64,000 bases of DNA, taken from Promethearchaeota archaeon (lineage in GTDB: Archaea; Asgardarchaeota; Hermodarchaeia; Hermodarchaeales; Hermodarchaeaceae). How positions within the stretch are numbered: the first letter of the stretch is position 1; the number at the start of each line of letters is the position of its first letter. The notes beneath the pieces are model-generated. The model did not search any database, was not told where the DNA came from, and saw only the letters and a program-made list of their open reading frames with translations. The stretch spans positions 1-64,000 of the forward strand of contig JBHLPH010000002.1 of the NCBI GenBank assembly GCA_048939625.1, written 5' to 3'. The translations under genes and the position numbers were made by a program. Shown piece by piece: positions 17,817 through 28,326 of the stretch.

Positions 17817-20729
17817 TTACAGGTTGCGGAGCACCCGCCCAACGTTGATACGACCTGCACGGCGTGCAGGAATGTAGGTACCTATACTCATTCCGACGAT
17901 AACTATGCCAAGCACAATTACGAGGACAAGGAGCGGAACTGCAAGTGCGAAGGGTACTACAAAGGGGAAGGGAAAGAGGCTGAGTAGCACGTTCATTAGG
18001 AGCCAAGAGAATACAAAACCTAGAGCTAAGGCTACTAGAAATGAGGTTAGTATCAGCCCGATGAATTCTCCAAAGACAATCGAGATGATTTGTCTTCTTG
18101 TACTTCCGACAGCTCGCATGATAGCATATTCGGTTTGGCGTTCAGAGACTATTACACCGACGAAGAGCGTGAGTGCGATGATGCTGATGATTAGACAGGC
18201 AAGGAATCCAATAGAGAGAATGCTGACTACTCCTCGGTTGAAAAGGTATCCGTCAGGATAAGCTTCTTCAAGAGAGAAGGTTGCAGGTGAATAAACTCCA
18301 ATTGGAAATCCTAGTCCACGAATGTCAGATTCTACATTATCTATTTCGGAATCGCCATTGGTTAAGGTTAGGATTAGCTGGGTGTTAGTCATGTTAAGAC
18401 TAGTAAGATAACTGAGGTTCACAAAGGCGTAAGGTTGGGCAGTCTGAAATTGAAAGCCGTTTGTGGTATCTGGTGGACGTATAGGATCGTCAGGATCAAA
18501 ATACCCTAATCCCGGTGCACTTTGTCCAATACCAACAATGGTGAAGAGTGCGTCTTGAACCACACCCCCACCACCCTGATCATAGACGAGGATGCCCAAA
18601 TCTCTTCCCACCCAGCGTCCAAGTCGTTCAGCGATGGTGCGTGGTAGGATGACTCCGTTAGGTGTATCCCGGAGTCGGTTAAGAACGGTCACAGGATCTT
18701 CTCCAATAAAACTACTTGGATCCCAATATCCAATCTCGCCATAAGCGTCGGTATCTATTCCGTAGATGGCAAAAGAGATAGTGCCAATAAGCCCCCATGT
18801 ACGAACAAGGGGAGTTGCGGCTTCAACGCCAGAAACTTGTAGAATATCTTGAACTCTGGTGGTGGGTACCCAATTGCTTTCTACTCGGACATCTGCTCCA
18901 ATGAAGTATTCGATTTGCCGATTAGCGTTATCTTGCACGGTATAGGCTTCAACAACTGCGAATACAGTTACTGAGAAAGTGAGTGTTAGGATAAGAAGGA
19001 GGGGTACAATGCGTTCTCGTCGAGTGCGCATACTTTTCTCAAAAATGAAAGCCTTTTCTCCAAAGATTCCACGGAATCCCCGTGTGAGTCCTGCAACTCC
19101 TCGACGCACAATTCGAGATCCTGCATCACTTAGGAGTGTCCAAATCACAACTGCGTATATGAATTGGAGGATGGCAACCATCGGGGTTGCGGGGAAGAAA
19201 AGAACAGCGAAAACAAATGCTACGAGGAGAATAAGACAGATAGCAAAGTAGAATGATATTGCCAAGAGATCCGATTCCCCAGGAGGGTTGATACCGACCA
19301 TGGCTTGGTATATTTCAGTTCGTAAGAAGGATCGAACATAGATTAGAGTAAAGACAAGGGGAGGAATGATACAGGAGATAAGGGCGATAAGCCAGGTGAG
19401 GGGTTCCAGGCGTACAACGGAGAAGAACTCAAAAAAGATATTCATGTCAAATATCAGGAATCCTGTAGAAGCGGGTATGAGCGAGCCGACGAATAAGCTC
19501 AGAAACACCCCAAAAACCAGGGCTATGATGGCTATCACAATGAATTCGAGAATGAAAGCAGCATAAAGTTGGCGGAAGCTTGCCCCTCGAGCTCGGAGGA
19601 TAGCGACCTCTGAGCGGCGACCACTTAGGAAGATATTAGTGGCAAAAGTCGTGAGAAAGATTGATAGAATGATAACAGGGGCAACTAGCACTGCCATGGT
19701 TTGGCGTGAGCGATATGCGGCGATGTATTGTTCAAGATACAGAAGCTGACGTTCTCCCCCGATAATGATGTCACCTTGGAAAGCAGCTTCTGCTTGCGCC
19801 TTAACGTTACGGAGAATTTGTGGTACTCGGTCGATTCCGAATGCAAGAACTTCAGCAGAATTCAATCGAACGAGTAATCGGGGAAAGAGAGCATTGGTTG
19901 TAAGAACGTTCCGTTGCCCAGCATCCAATTGTTCATAATGGAAAATGAGCCCATCATTCCATCCGAAAACATTCTCCAACCCTGAAGCAGGATAATTAGT
20001 TCGACCAGAGCCTGAAAAAGTCCCATAAAGAACTGTGTCTTCGGGTCGGAGATTATAGATCCCGACCACTTGAATATTGGTTATATTGAATTGAGCGATA
20101 TCCCCTATCGTTGTGGGATCATCATACATAGAGGCAACTGCTATGTTGATATAACTGCCTTCTTGAATGGTCATGTTCAATATCTCTTCAGCATCTCTTA
20201 CTACTCGTGCGCTGACCAGGCACTGACCAGGTTGAACAGAAAAGCTGCCATTATAATCAAACTTGGATTGCACCTGAGTGAGAAATGAGGGGTCGACAAA
20301 AAATGTCTGAAAATCTTTGACATCATTCTCATACGGATATGGTAAATAGGGGTCACTAGCGGCTTTAGTGGTGCCATTGAGGATGCCCACTGATTGGTAT
20401 ATGACATAAGATGCCTCATATACGGATTGCGACATGAACCAGCTTTGAACTGAAAAAATCATCTCAGTATCAACGGGATATTCAAACCGTTGAACAATGT
20501 TGTATTGGAAAATGTTATCATCAAAATAATCATTAATGGATACTCGAGTGCCGGTGTCAGTCCAGACAAAAACTGAGGAAACAAGGCATACCCCGATAAC
20601 AATTCCTAGTAATAAGCTTAAGGAGCGAGTTTTGTGCTTTCGGATACTGTTACCAACATAACTGGCAATATAACTTCGACTTCCAGTTGCATTTAGGGAT
20701 CCCGCTCTAGTCTCCGCGGTCCCATTCAT
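17817..20729 (-). CDS. FtsX/MacB-type ABC permease, paralogue of 11126-14110
   Basis: 970 aa; shares SLSLL-GI-IGV-LV-SVFVWTDTG-RV, LE-AYPDGYLF, ER-TEYAIMRA and terminal LRNL with the other copy. Confidence 0.9.
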   Translation of the reverse strand: MNGTAETRAGSLNATGSRSYIASYVGNSIRKHKTRSLSLLLGIVIGVCLVSSVFVWTDTGTRVSINDYFDDNIFQYNIVQRFEYPVDTEMIFSVQSWFMSQSVYEASYVIYQSVGILNGTTKAASDPYLPYPYENDVKDFQTFFVDPSFLTQVQSKFDYNGSFSVQPGQCLVSARVVRDAEEILNMTIQEGSYINIAVASMYDDPTTIGDIAQFNITNIQVVGIYNLRPEDTVLYGTFSGSGRTNYPASGLENVFGWNDGLIFHYEQLDAGQRNVLTTNALFPRLLVRLNSAEVLAFGIDRVPQILRNVKAQAEAAFQGDIIIGGERQLLYLEQYIAAYRSRQTMAVLVAPVIILSIFLTTFATNIFLSGRRSEVAILRARGASFRQLYAAFILEFIVIAIIALVFGVFLSLFVGSLIPASTGFLIFDMNIFFEFFSVVRLEPLTWLIALISCIIPPLVFTLIYVRSFLRTEIYQAMVGINPPGESDLLAISFYFAICLILLVAFVFAVLFFPATPMVAILQFIYAVVIWTLLSDAGSRIVRRGVAGLTRGFRGIFGEKAFIFEKSMRTRRERIVPLLLILTLTFSVTVFAVVEAYTVQDNANRQIEYFIGADVRVESNWVPTTRVQDILQVSGVEAATPLVRTWGLIGTISFAIYGIDTDAYGEIGYWDPSSFIGEDPVTVLNRLRDTPNGVILPRTIAERLGRWVGRDLGILVYDQGGGGVVQDALFTIVGIGQSAPGLGYFDPDDPIRPPDTTNGFQFQTAQPYAFVNLSYLTSLNMTNTQLILTLTNGDSEIDNVESDIRGLGFPIGVYSPATFSLEEAYPDGYLFNRGVVSILSIGFLACLIISIIALTLFVGVIVSERQTEYAIMRAVGSTRRQIISIVFGEFIGLILTSFLVALALGFVFSWLLMNVLLSLFPFPFVVPFALAVPLLVLVIVLGIVIVGMSIGTYIPARRAGRINVGRVLRNL

Positions 20730-21466
20730 GACTTGGCCTCCTTAACCTCGACTTCTTTTCCGTACATGGAAGTGTCAGTGTGAAGCTTTCCATATTGGAG
20801 GACAAGAATTCGGTCTGCGGCACTAGCAACTTCTGGGTCGTGTGTAGCAACGACCATAGCCTTCCGTTGATTATGTGCTAACTCTTTGAAGAGCTTGATG
20901 ATTTCCACACCAGTAGCAGTATCCAGGTTCCCTGTAGGTTCATCGGCAAGCATGATGACAGGTTCATTGGCTAAGGCGCGCGCTACTGCAACTCGTTGCA
21001 TTTGTCCGCCGGACATTTCATTGGGGTATTGTTCAGCAGAATCTCTCATCCCAACAACATCTAACAAATCAAGTGCTCGTTGAACGCGTTCCTCTTTTGA
21101 TATGTCGGCAAAAATCATTGGAACTTCAACGTTTTCACGGGCATTCATGATATCTAATAAATAAAATCCCTGAAAGACAATGCCTATCTTGTGTCGCCGC
21201 ATTAAGGAGAGGTCTTTGTCTCCTAATCCATTAAGGGAGGCACCATCGATAACAATCTCGCCTTCTGTAGGTTTGTCTAGAAGCGCAAGAAGATTGATTA
21301 ATGTGGTTTTTCCGCTTCCACTTGCACCCACAATAGCGACAAATTCGCCCTGTCGGACTTTGAAATCTAAACCCTTCAACACTTCAACCTTGAGGGCCCC
21401 GTCATCATAGTTTTTGATTACCTGGTTGCATTCAATGACTATACGATTGGATGACAAGCTAAGCAC
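20726..21466 (-). CDS. MacB/LolD-type ABC transporter ATP-binding protein
   Basis: GASGSGKT, MSGGQMQR, LADEPTGNLD, ATHD. Confidence 0.93.
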   Translation of the reverse strand: MLSLSSNRIVIECNQVIKNYDDGALKVEVLKGLDFKVRQGEFVAIVGASGSGKTTLINLLALLDKPTEGEIVIDGASLNGLGDKDLSLMRRHKIGIVFQGFYLLDIMNARENVEVPMIFADISKEERVQRALDLLDVVGMRDSAEQYPNEMSGGQMQRVAVARALANEPVIMLADEPTGNLDTATGVEIIKLFKELAHNQRKAMVVATHDPEVASAADRILVLQYGKLHTDTSMYGKEVEVKEAKS

Positions 21467-21584
21467 CTATATGGTCACTATTGCGGGATCTGGTCGGTCC
21501 AGCTGAGCCAGCATCACAGTCCTCAGCTTTAAGTTGGTGGCATGTGCAAAATTTAGCTTTAGAAGTTTTTGGTTCAAGCACGGA

Positions 21585-22526
21585 TTATAATTTCGCGATT
21601 ATTGACTTGCCAAATCTCTTGATTTGGGTAATTTCCATCGTATGGGGAAACATAAAAATCATGTGTTCCACTCCGATCTCTTCAAATTCACGCAATCGTC
21701 TCACAATCGAATCTGCCGTGCCCCATAAGGCTTTGTTTATTCGTTCTCTGTATTCTTGAGTTGACACATTACGGGTTTTAGCGCTTTCAATGATAGCTGT
21801 TTCCATATCTTCGGCGGAATCGAAGATTCGAGTCCATAGTCCTAATGATTTCTTGAGTGCTGCTGAATCACGACCATATTTTTTGCATAATTGCGCAAGA
21901 CGGTCAAATCGTTCTTTTAATTCGGAAGGAGTACTCATCCATGCCACGTTAATGCCATCCCCGTATTTTGCCGTTGCACGGAGCATGAATTCCTTTGCGT
22001 TCTGGGCACCGACCCAAATCGGCATGGGTTCTTGGACCGGTTTTGGAAAAGCGATGACATCCTCAACCTGATAATATTCTCCTTTGAAGGTGAACCGCTC
22101 ATTCTCCCAAATCCCTCGAATAATTTGGATCGCTTCAGTCATTTGTTGAATCCGAACTTTTGGAGTAGGGAAAGGATATCCGTAAGCCTGGTATTCAATT
22201 TCTTTCCATCCTGCCCCTATACCAAACTCTAACCGCCCCTTTGACAAGAAATCTAATGATGTCGCCATCTTAGCGGTTAGAGCGGGATTGCGGTAACTCT
22301 GACAAAACACCATACTCCCAACCCGGATCGTGGGGTTTTGCTGAGTTAAAGCGGTCATAAGTAACCATGGGTCTAAGAGCACTCGATTAGTGGATACTTT
22401 ATCCAACATGAAATGATCCGAAAACCAAATTGTGCCAAATCCATTTTGTAAAGCAACATCAGATATTGAGGAAACTTCTTCAAAGGTGTAACCTAACTGT
22501 GGCTCGATTTGCACTCCAAACTCCAT
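21585..22526 (-). CDS. LLM-class (probably F420-dependent) oxidoreductase
   Basis: WFSDHF, YRNPALTAKMATSLDFLSKGRLEFGIGAGW, PKPVQEPMPIWVG. Confidence 0.9.
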   Translation of the reverse strand: MEFGVQIEPQLGYTFEEVSSISDVALQNGFGTIWFSDHFMLDKVSTNRVLLDPWLLMTALTQQNPTIRVGSMVFCQSYRNPALTAKMATSLDFLSKGRLEFGIGAGWKEIEYQAYGYPFPTPKVRIQQMTEAIQIIRGIWENERFTFKGEYYQVEDVIAFPKPVQEPMPIWVGAQNAKEFMLRATAKYGDGINVAWMSTPSELKERFDRLAQLCKKYGRDSAALKKSLGLWTRIFDSAEDMETAIIESAKTRNVSTQEYRERINKALWGTADSIVRRLREFEEIGVEHMIFMFPHTMEITQIKRFGKSIIAKL

Positions 22527-22644
22527 TCTAAATTCACTAACTCCTTCAGTTGCCTGAAGATATCAAACGCGGTTGGTGAGGTCGGCTTATATATTATAAA
22601 TTTGCTAGCCCTGAGCAAGACTCAATCGTTGGAGTGGACAATCC

Positions 22645-24081
22645 ATGCTCGACAAACTTCAGGCTGCAGTCTTGACCGGTGAGAAACTTGGCGCTGACTT
22701 TGTTGAAGCTCGTTTCGATGATTTCACCCTGCGTACACTTAGACGAATCAAAACCCGAAGTAACGATACTTGGAAAGATATCCTCTCAAAATCCCGAACG
22801 GGAATTGGAATAACCTGCTACTTCCATGGAACCCCCGGATATTCCTTCACTGCCAGTGAGGAAACAGAGGATATTGAAGAAACAGTCAAACGAGCCTTTC
22901 GGATGGCTAAAGCGGCATCCGCCGCGGCTTCCCTCAAACTAGAATTTGACCGAAGACCAGGAGTGAAAAGCAGACCTTCAGATACCCTCTCCGTGAAAAT
23001 CCATCCTGAAACCAAAGCACAGGAATATAAAATGGATCTTATCAACCGGATGGTAGATACTGCTTCTGTATACGGGAAAGAAATGGAAAACATCACAGGA
23101 GCCTACGGAGAACTATATGGACAAAAGATTTTCACAAATAGTGAGGCATCGAATATCGATTGGGAGTTTTTCGTCGTTGATTTGACCTGCAGAGTTACTT
23201 CGAAAACCAGTACTGGTGACATGGTATTTGCTTCAGAACGAAAAGCCGGCAGTCTAGGTCTTGAAGCCTATAACCAGAAAGGTTCCACACCTGAAGAGAT
23301 TGGTGAAACCGCAGGGACAATGGCGACAGAGCAGCTTAAGGCAAAAGCCTGTCCTGCAGGTAAGTTTCCGACTCTAATTGATAACGCTTTAGCTGGAGTA
23401 TTAGCACATGAGAGTTTTGGTCATCTTAGTGAAGCGGATTTCGTCACGATTGGTGTTTCTCCACTGGCAGGAAAAATTGGGACTACTCTCGGTACAGAAC
23501 ATGCCACCATAATTGATGGAGGAATTCCAGATATCGATAAAATCGGGGGATTGTGGCTTCCCTATGATGACCAAGGAATTCCAGCCAGCATGACCACTAT
23601 TCTTGATAAAGGTGTGTTGAAGCATTTTCTCCATAACCGGGGAACCGCCCACCAATTAGAACAAGAAGTCACAAGCAACTGCAGAGCAATTCATTTTGGT
23701 TTCATGCCTATTCCCCGAATGACAAACACCTTTTTTACTTCAGGCGATTTGACAGAAGAAGAAGCGCTTGAAGAATTGGGTACAGGTGTTTATGCGATTC
23801 AAACAGCTGGTGGACAAGTAGAAGGAGACGGGAGTTTTCTTTTCAAAGCGAATCGAGGGTATTGGGTGGAAAATGGACAGATCCAACATCCCATTCGAGA
23901 GGTAGCGCTTTCAGGTAATATTCTTCAACTCCTTCAACGGATTGTTGGAGCTACTCGCGACCTTGACTTGTGGGGAACATATTTCGGCGGATGCGGAAAA
24001 AGCGGACAACATCCATTACCCACAGGTCTTGGTGGACCAAAACTGCTCATAGAGGATGTGACCTTCGGAGGAAAAGCGTAG
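22645..24081 (+). CDS. tldD: TldD-family metalloprotease
   Basis: HESFGH zinc motif, YDDQG, PRMTNT, GGQV, GCGK near the C-terminus. Confidence 0.92.
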   Translation: MLDKLQAAVLTGEKLGADFVEARFDDFTLRTLRRIKTRSNDTWKDILSKSRTGIGITCYFHGTPGYSFTASEETEDIEETVKRAFRMAKAASAAASLKLEFDRRPGVKSRPSDTLSVKIHPETKAQEYKMDLINRMVDTASVYGKEMENITGAYGELYGQKIFTNSEASNIDWEFFVVDLTCRVTSKTSTGDMVFASERKAGSLGLEAYNQKGSTPEEIGETAGTMATEQLKAKACPAGKFPTLIDNALAGVLAHESFGHLSEADFVTIGVSPLAGKIGTTLGTEHATIIDGGIPDIDKIGGLWLPYDDQGIPASMTTILDKGVLKHFLHNRGTAHQLEQEVTSNCRAIHFGFMPIPRMTNTFFTSGDLTEEEALEELGTGVYAIQTAGGQVEGDGSFLFKANRGYWVENGQIQHPIREVALSGNILQLLQRIVGATRDLDLWGTYFGGCGKSGQHPLPTGLGGPKLLIEDVTFGGKA

Positions 24082-24099
24082 GCCCGGAGATGTAATCTG

Positions 24100-25491
24100 A
24101 TGGAGTATGAACAGATAAAGAACAACCTACTCGCTGAGATAGATTCTGGTTTGAAATTTGCCCAATCTCAAGATAGCGCAGCCAATTTTGAACTTTTTTT
24201 GTATTACCGTAGTGAATCTAATGTAGAAATCAAACAAGGCGTTGTTGAAGCGACAGATGGAATAGTAGCGGGAAATGCAGTCCGGGTGGCTAAAGATCAG
24301 CGTGTTAGTTTCTCTTCTTCGAGTGGAATCACTCCGTCACAGATTCAAAGGAGCGTTAATGCCGCTTTAGCGAGTTTGAAAGCAACCTCAGAAAGGGACA
24401 CCCGCTTCAAAGGTTTCTGTGAACCCAAACCACCAGGTAAAGAAGGGAAATTCTCTCATGAAATTTTAGAACTATCCACCGATGATTTAGTAAAGATGTC
24501 ACTTGAACTCATCGGAGACATGACTAGTGTAAATGGGCGTGTTCTTGCGGCTGTTGCGTGTGAAAGGACATGGGGTGGATTCGCCATTGGTAACACTTTG
24601 GGAGTACAACAGGCATCTTGCTCCGCGTATAATGCTTGCAGTGCATATGCAATGGCAATTGACGGAGATCAGCGAAAGACAGCGTCTGAAGAGTTAGTTA
24701 CCCGTGAAAAAGCCCTTGATGTTACCGGAATTGGAAAAAAAGCAGCAACGAAAGCGATTAACTTACTTGGAACCAAAAAATTCAATCGAACGACAAATCT
24801 ACCTACGCTTTGGGTACCTTGGGCAGCATCCAGCTATATTCTCTCGAGTCTTCAACAAGCAGCAAAAGGACAAGCTGTAGTTGAAGGATTATCTCCTCTA
24901 AGTGATAGACTTGGCGAAAAAATTGCCTACCCCAGTTTCACCCTTATTGATGATGGACAGGATCCCTTAGGCATCTCAACTGAAGCCATTGATGCAGAGG
25001 GACACCCTCAAGGAAAAACGAGCATCATCGAGCAAGGTGTTTTGAAAGGATATCTCTTCGACTCCTATTATGGTCGAATTGCTGGAAAAGACTCAACGGG
25101 TAATTGTGCTCGTTCCGGTGGACCATTTGGGTCGCGATTACCCTATGAAGAAGCCCCCAGCATCTTTAGCAAAAACTTAGAAGTTACTCCTGGGAATAAA
25201 ACCCTTGAAGAGCTCATAGCATCAATTGATGGCCAAGGAATATTGATCACAGATATTCCTATTGGAATATTCCATAGCTCAGTTGCAACTGGTGAATTCT
25301 CAGTGGTAGCGAATTCTGTATTTCTCATTGAAGATGGTGAAAAGAAACACCCCCTCGAACCGGTGTCAATTGCAGGGAATTTCTATCAAGGGCTAAAACA
25401 ACTTCGAGGTGTCGGCAATGATATTGAAATTACCTCATTATTTGTCACAACACCCAGCTTACTAATTGATGGATTTTCCATCACTAGTTAA
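24100..25491 (+). CDS. PmbA/TldE-family protein
   Basis: DAEG, G-L-GYLFD, STGN, TGEFSV and SIAGN motifs; no HExxxH; follows tldD. Confidence 0.9.
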   Translation: MEYEQIKNNLLAEIDSGLKFAQSQDSAANFELFLYYRSESNVEIKQGVVEATDGIVAGNAVRVAKDQRVSFSSSSGITPSQIQRSVNAALASLKATSERDTRFKGFCEPKPPGKEGKFSHEILELSTDDLVKMSLELIGDMTSVNGRVLAAVACERTWGGFAIGNTLGVQQASCSAYNACSAYAMAIDGDQRKTASEELVTREKALDVTGIGKKAATKAINLLGTKKFNRTTNLPTLWVPWAASSYILSSLQQAAKGQAVVEGLSPLSDRLGEKIAYPSFTLIDDGQDPLGISTEAIDAEGHPQGKTSIIEQGVLKGYLFDSYYGRIAGKDSTGNCARSGGPFGSRLPYEEAPSIFSKNLEVTPGNKTLEELIASIDGQGILITDIPIGIFHSSVATGEFSVVANSVFLIEDGEKKHPLEPVSIAGNFYQGLKQLRGVGNDIEITSLFVTTPSLLIDGFSITS

Positions 25492-25592
25492 AACCATTAT
25501 CATTCCAACTGAAATTTCTGCTCAAATCCTTTTAAACCACAACTTTTTTCGAAGTTCAGATACTCGATTCCCTTAGAGGTGTCTGAATTCCG

Positions 25593-26636
25593 ATGCCCGA
25601 AACACTCACATCCATCATATCTGAGGTAAAAGACTATTGGGGATTACGCCGTAAACAACCCATTGGCCAACTAGTAAAAATTCTGCGGAAAGAAGGCTTC
25701 AAATGCCCACATGTTCTTTCATCAATTGGCGAAGATTCGGCTGCTATTGATTTGGGAGGAAATAACCTTATTTTACTTTCAACTGATGCGGTCATCCCCG
25801 AATTAGCTGAATCGAAACCATATGCCGCAGGGTATTCGTCGATCTTAGTCAATGTCAACGATATCTATGCGGCTGGAGGCCGACCGATTGTTGCTATGGT
25901 GAATATTGCCTTCACCAAGATGGAAGCGGGAGTCAAGTTTATGGAGGGAATCTGTACAGCGGGTCAGAAATTCAAAGTTGAGGTCGTTCGCGGTCACACT
26001 ACCCCCTTCGCTCCTGTTAACGGAGTTAGTGCCTCGATTTGCGGAACAGTGGCCCGTGAGTCATACATTAGTGCGGGTGGAGCACAGACCGGTGATGAGT
26101 TAATTTTAGCTGTAGATTTAAACGGACGGATTTCCCCGAATTATGAATTTGGATGGGATACAACATCTATTAAGACCTCAGAAGAGGTTCTGAGACGCTA
26201 TGAGGCGATGCGAGTTCTTGCTGAAAGACGAATGCTTTCAGCGTCTAAGGATTTGAGTAATGGTGGAATCATCGGAACTACACTGTTAATGCTTGAATAT
26301 GGGCAAAAGGGAGCATTGATTGACCTGGCAACAATCCCAATTCCAAATGGGCTTGATCTAATTACTTGGCTGAAAATGTATATTTCAACAGGCTTTGTGG
26401 TCTCTACTATCCCAGAGAAATCCAAGGAGGTGATAGCCACTTTTAGAAAACATGGATTGACAGCTGTACGGATTGGAACAGTAGATGCATCACAAAAACT
26501 AACGGTCGAGTATAAAGGCGAAGCTAATACGATTTTTGATTTCGCTCAAGAGTCAATTGTAGCGCCACCACCGCCCCCTCAATTGAATCGGATAGCTCCT
26601 CGCAAATCAAGGGAAAAACAAGGAGAGAGACCCTAA
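25593..26636 (+). CDS. AIR synthase-related (PurM/ThiL/HypE superfamily, sll0787/marker-2-like) protein
   Basis: GEDSAAI, VNVNDIYAAGGRP, RGHT, ASKDLSNGGIIGT. Confidence 0.85.
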   Translation: MPETLTSIISEVKDYWGLRRKQPIGQLVKILRKEGFKCPHVLSSIGEDSAAIDLGGNNLILLSTDAVIPELAESKPYAAGYSSILVNVNDIYAAGGRPIVAMVNIAFTKMEAGVKFMEGICTAGQKFKVEVVRGHTTPFAPVNGVSASICGTVARESYISAGGAQTGDELILAVDLNGRISPNYEFGWDTTSIKTSEEVLRRYEAMRVLAERRMLSASKDLSNGGIIGTTLLMLEYGQKGALIDLATIPIPNGLDLITWLKMYISTGFVVSTIPEKSKEVIATFRKHGLTAVRIGTVDASQKLTVEYKGEANTIFDFAQESIVAPPPPPQLNRIAPRKSREKQGERP

Positions 26637-26681
26637 TCATAAATAGAGGAACGCCCCACAATTCTATATGGAAAATACAGG

Positions 26682-27293
26682 GTGAGTAATATGGCAACAA
26701 AGAAGTCTAATGAAAAAGATTACACCGATGAAGTGGCAAAAGCAACAAAACGCATCCAAAAGATTGTCAAAGACATGAATAGGGAGCTTTTAGAACAGCG
26801 TGAATTCAACCTAACCTCCCAGACCCGGTTTGAAGAATTAACTCAAGAGTTACAAACGAAAGACGCAACAATCGAACGCCTCGAACGGACTATCGCAGAG
26901 TTAAAAGAATCGGCTGATCAAACAACCGATCTTATGGTAAAAAATCGTGCGATGGAATCGGAGCTTAATGCGATTAAGAGTCAATTAGAAAAAATGTCTG
27001 ATACATATAAAGAGCTTGTCGCTGAACACGAAGCGTCGATTCCAGTCCAAGAGTTATTAGCTCTTTACATCGCTTTGCTTGAAGATGTCTTTTATGCCCA
27101 ACCACATGCCAAGACCCTGTTTTTACTTCATGGACGCAAGAAGGAAATGACGCGTGAAGAAATTGTAAAAACTGCAGGACATGAAGCCACAGCCATTAGA
27201 AAAGCTTTGGGTGATCTCTCTCGGGCTAATCTAATCGATTATAATGTGGAAACAGGGAAAGCCCAATTGAAAAAACGCCTTTACCCCACTTAG
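26682..27293 (+). CDS. Hypothetical protein: N-terminal coiled coil plus C-terminal winged helix
   Basis: Heptad-rich residues ~15-115; C-terminal TLFLLH...MTREEIVKTAG...AIRKALGDLSRANLIDY wHTH pattern. Confidence 0.7.
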   Translation: MSNMATKKSNEKDYTDEVAKATKRIQKIVKDMNRELLEQREFNLTSQTRFEELTQELQTKDATIERLERTIAELKESADQTTDLMVKNRAMESELNAIKSQLEKMSDTYKELVAEHEASIPVQELLALYIALLEDVFYAQPHAKTLFLLHGRKKEMTREEIVKTAGHEATAIRKALGDLSRANLIDYNVETGKAQLKKRLYPT

Positions 27294-28300
27294 ACCTTCA
27301 TATCTGTTAGTAACTGGTTGAAGCGCGGTAAATTATGGAGAGTCGATGTAAGGGCGCTGATGTAGCGGCTAAGCTCAGCTTGAATAATTCGTTCTATATC
27401 AGACAAAGTTTTACTATCTGCGGCTTTATCAACCAGTTCGCGAGCACTACGATGAATGACGCCGACTACTCGTTTTTCGACATCAGCTGGTCCCCAATCA
27501 AATGAACGGAGGTTTCGTTTCGCTTCACTTAGACTTGATTTGGGTGAATTATCTTTCAATGCGTTTTCGAGCTGATCATAAAATTCCCGGCTTGCTTCGG
27601 CAATTTTATTTTGCTCTCGACTCGTTAATTCCGTCCCCAATGTTCCTCGTCGAGATAACTCTTGCAGTAATCCCGCACAGGGGGCCTCAGCTAGGAAGCG
27701 TCGAATAAGCGTGTAAAAGACCTGGCTGGCCGTAGTGGTGACTTCTTTGATTATTTCACGAGGTTCGCTATATCGGAATAATTCACGACAGGATTCAAAC
27801 CAAAAATTCGGTAAGAGTAAATGGCTACGACTGGAATATTTGTCTAGCAATTGCTGTAAAGGAGGGAGCTTCTTATCAGGATCGTAAATGGAGAGTCTCC
27901 GTTGGAAGGGTTTCCCTGTCAGTCCTGCCAGATCCTCACTCGCTTCGGCAATCAGTTGCTGTGTAGCTAGTAGTGGTTCCTTGATTTTAGTTTTTGAAAT
28001 CTTTTCTTTCCGAGATTTCGAATAAGAGTCTAGAGCTGTTTCAATTCGTTCCAGATGGGTAAGAATGACCTTTATCGTGTCATCAACAAAAGAAGAGCCT
28101 GAGGAAGCGTGGTTATTTTTTGAATCAACGAGTGCTTGTTTTACGGATTTGCGAACGGTTCGAACACCATTGGCTAATTGGTTAATTTGTTGAGGATCTA
28201 AATCCCCTTCGGCTTCAATCGTGATAAGAGCATGGATTAGTGTTGAGTTGACGGTTGTAAGTATGAGGATGCGTTCCAGCAATTCTTCTGCTGTAATCAA
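27290..28300 (-). CDS. Hypothetical all-helical protein, third gene of the tubulin-like operon
   Basis: 336-aa ORF, TTG start after a purine-rich SD-like run, 26 bp downstream of the tubulin-like gene. Confidence 0.75.
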   Translation of the reverse strand: MITAEELLERILILTTVNSTLIHALITIEAEGDLDPQQINQLANGVRTVRKSVKQALVDSKNNHASSGSSFVDDTIKVILTHLERIETALDSYSKSRKEKISKTKIKEPLLATQQLIAEASEDLAGLTGKPFQRRLSIYDPDKKLPPLQQLLDKYSSRSHLLLPNFWFESCRELFRYSEPREIIKEVTTTASQVFYTLIRRFLAEAPCAGLLQELSRRGTLGTELTSREQNKIAEASREFYDQLENALKDNSPKSSLSEAKRNLRSFDWGPADVEKRVVGVIHRSARELVDKAADSKTLSDIERIIQAELSRYISALTSTLHNLPRFNQLLTDMKV

Positions 28301-28326
28301 CCTTCTTTCTCTCCACTACCGTTGGT

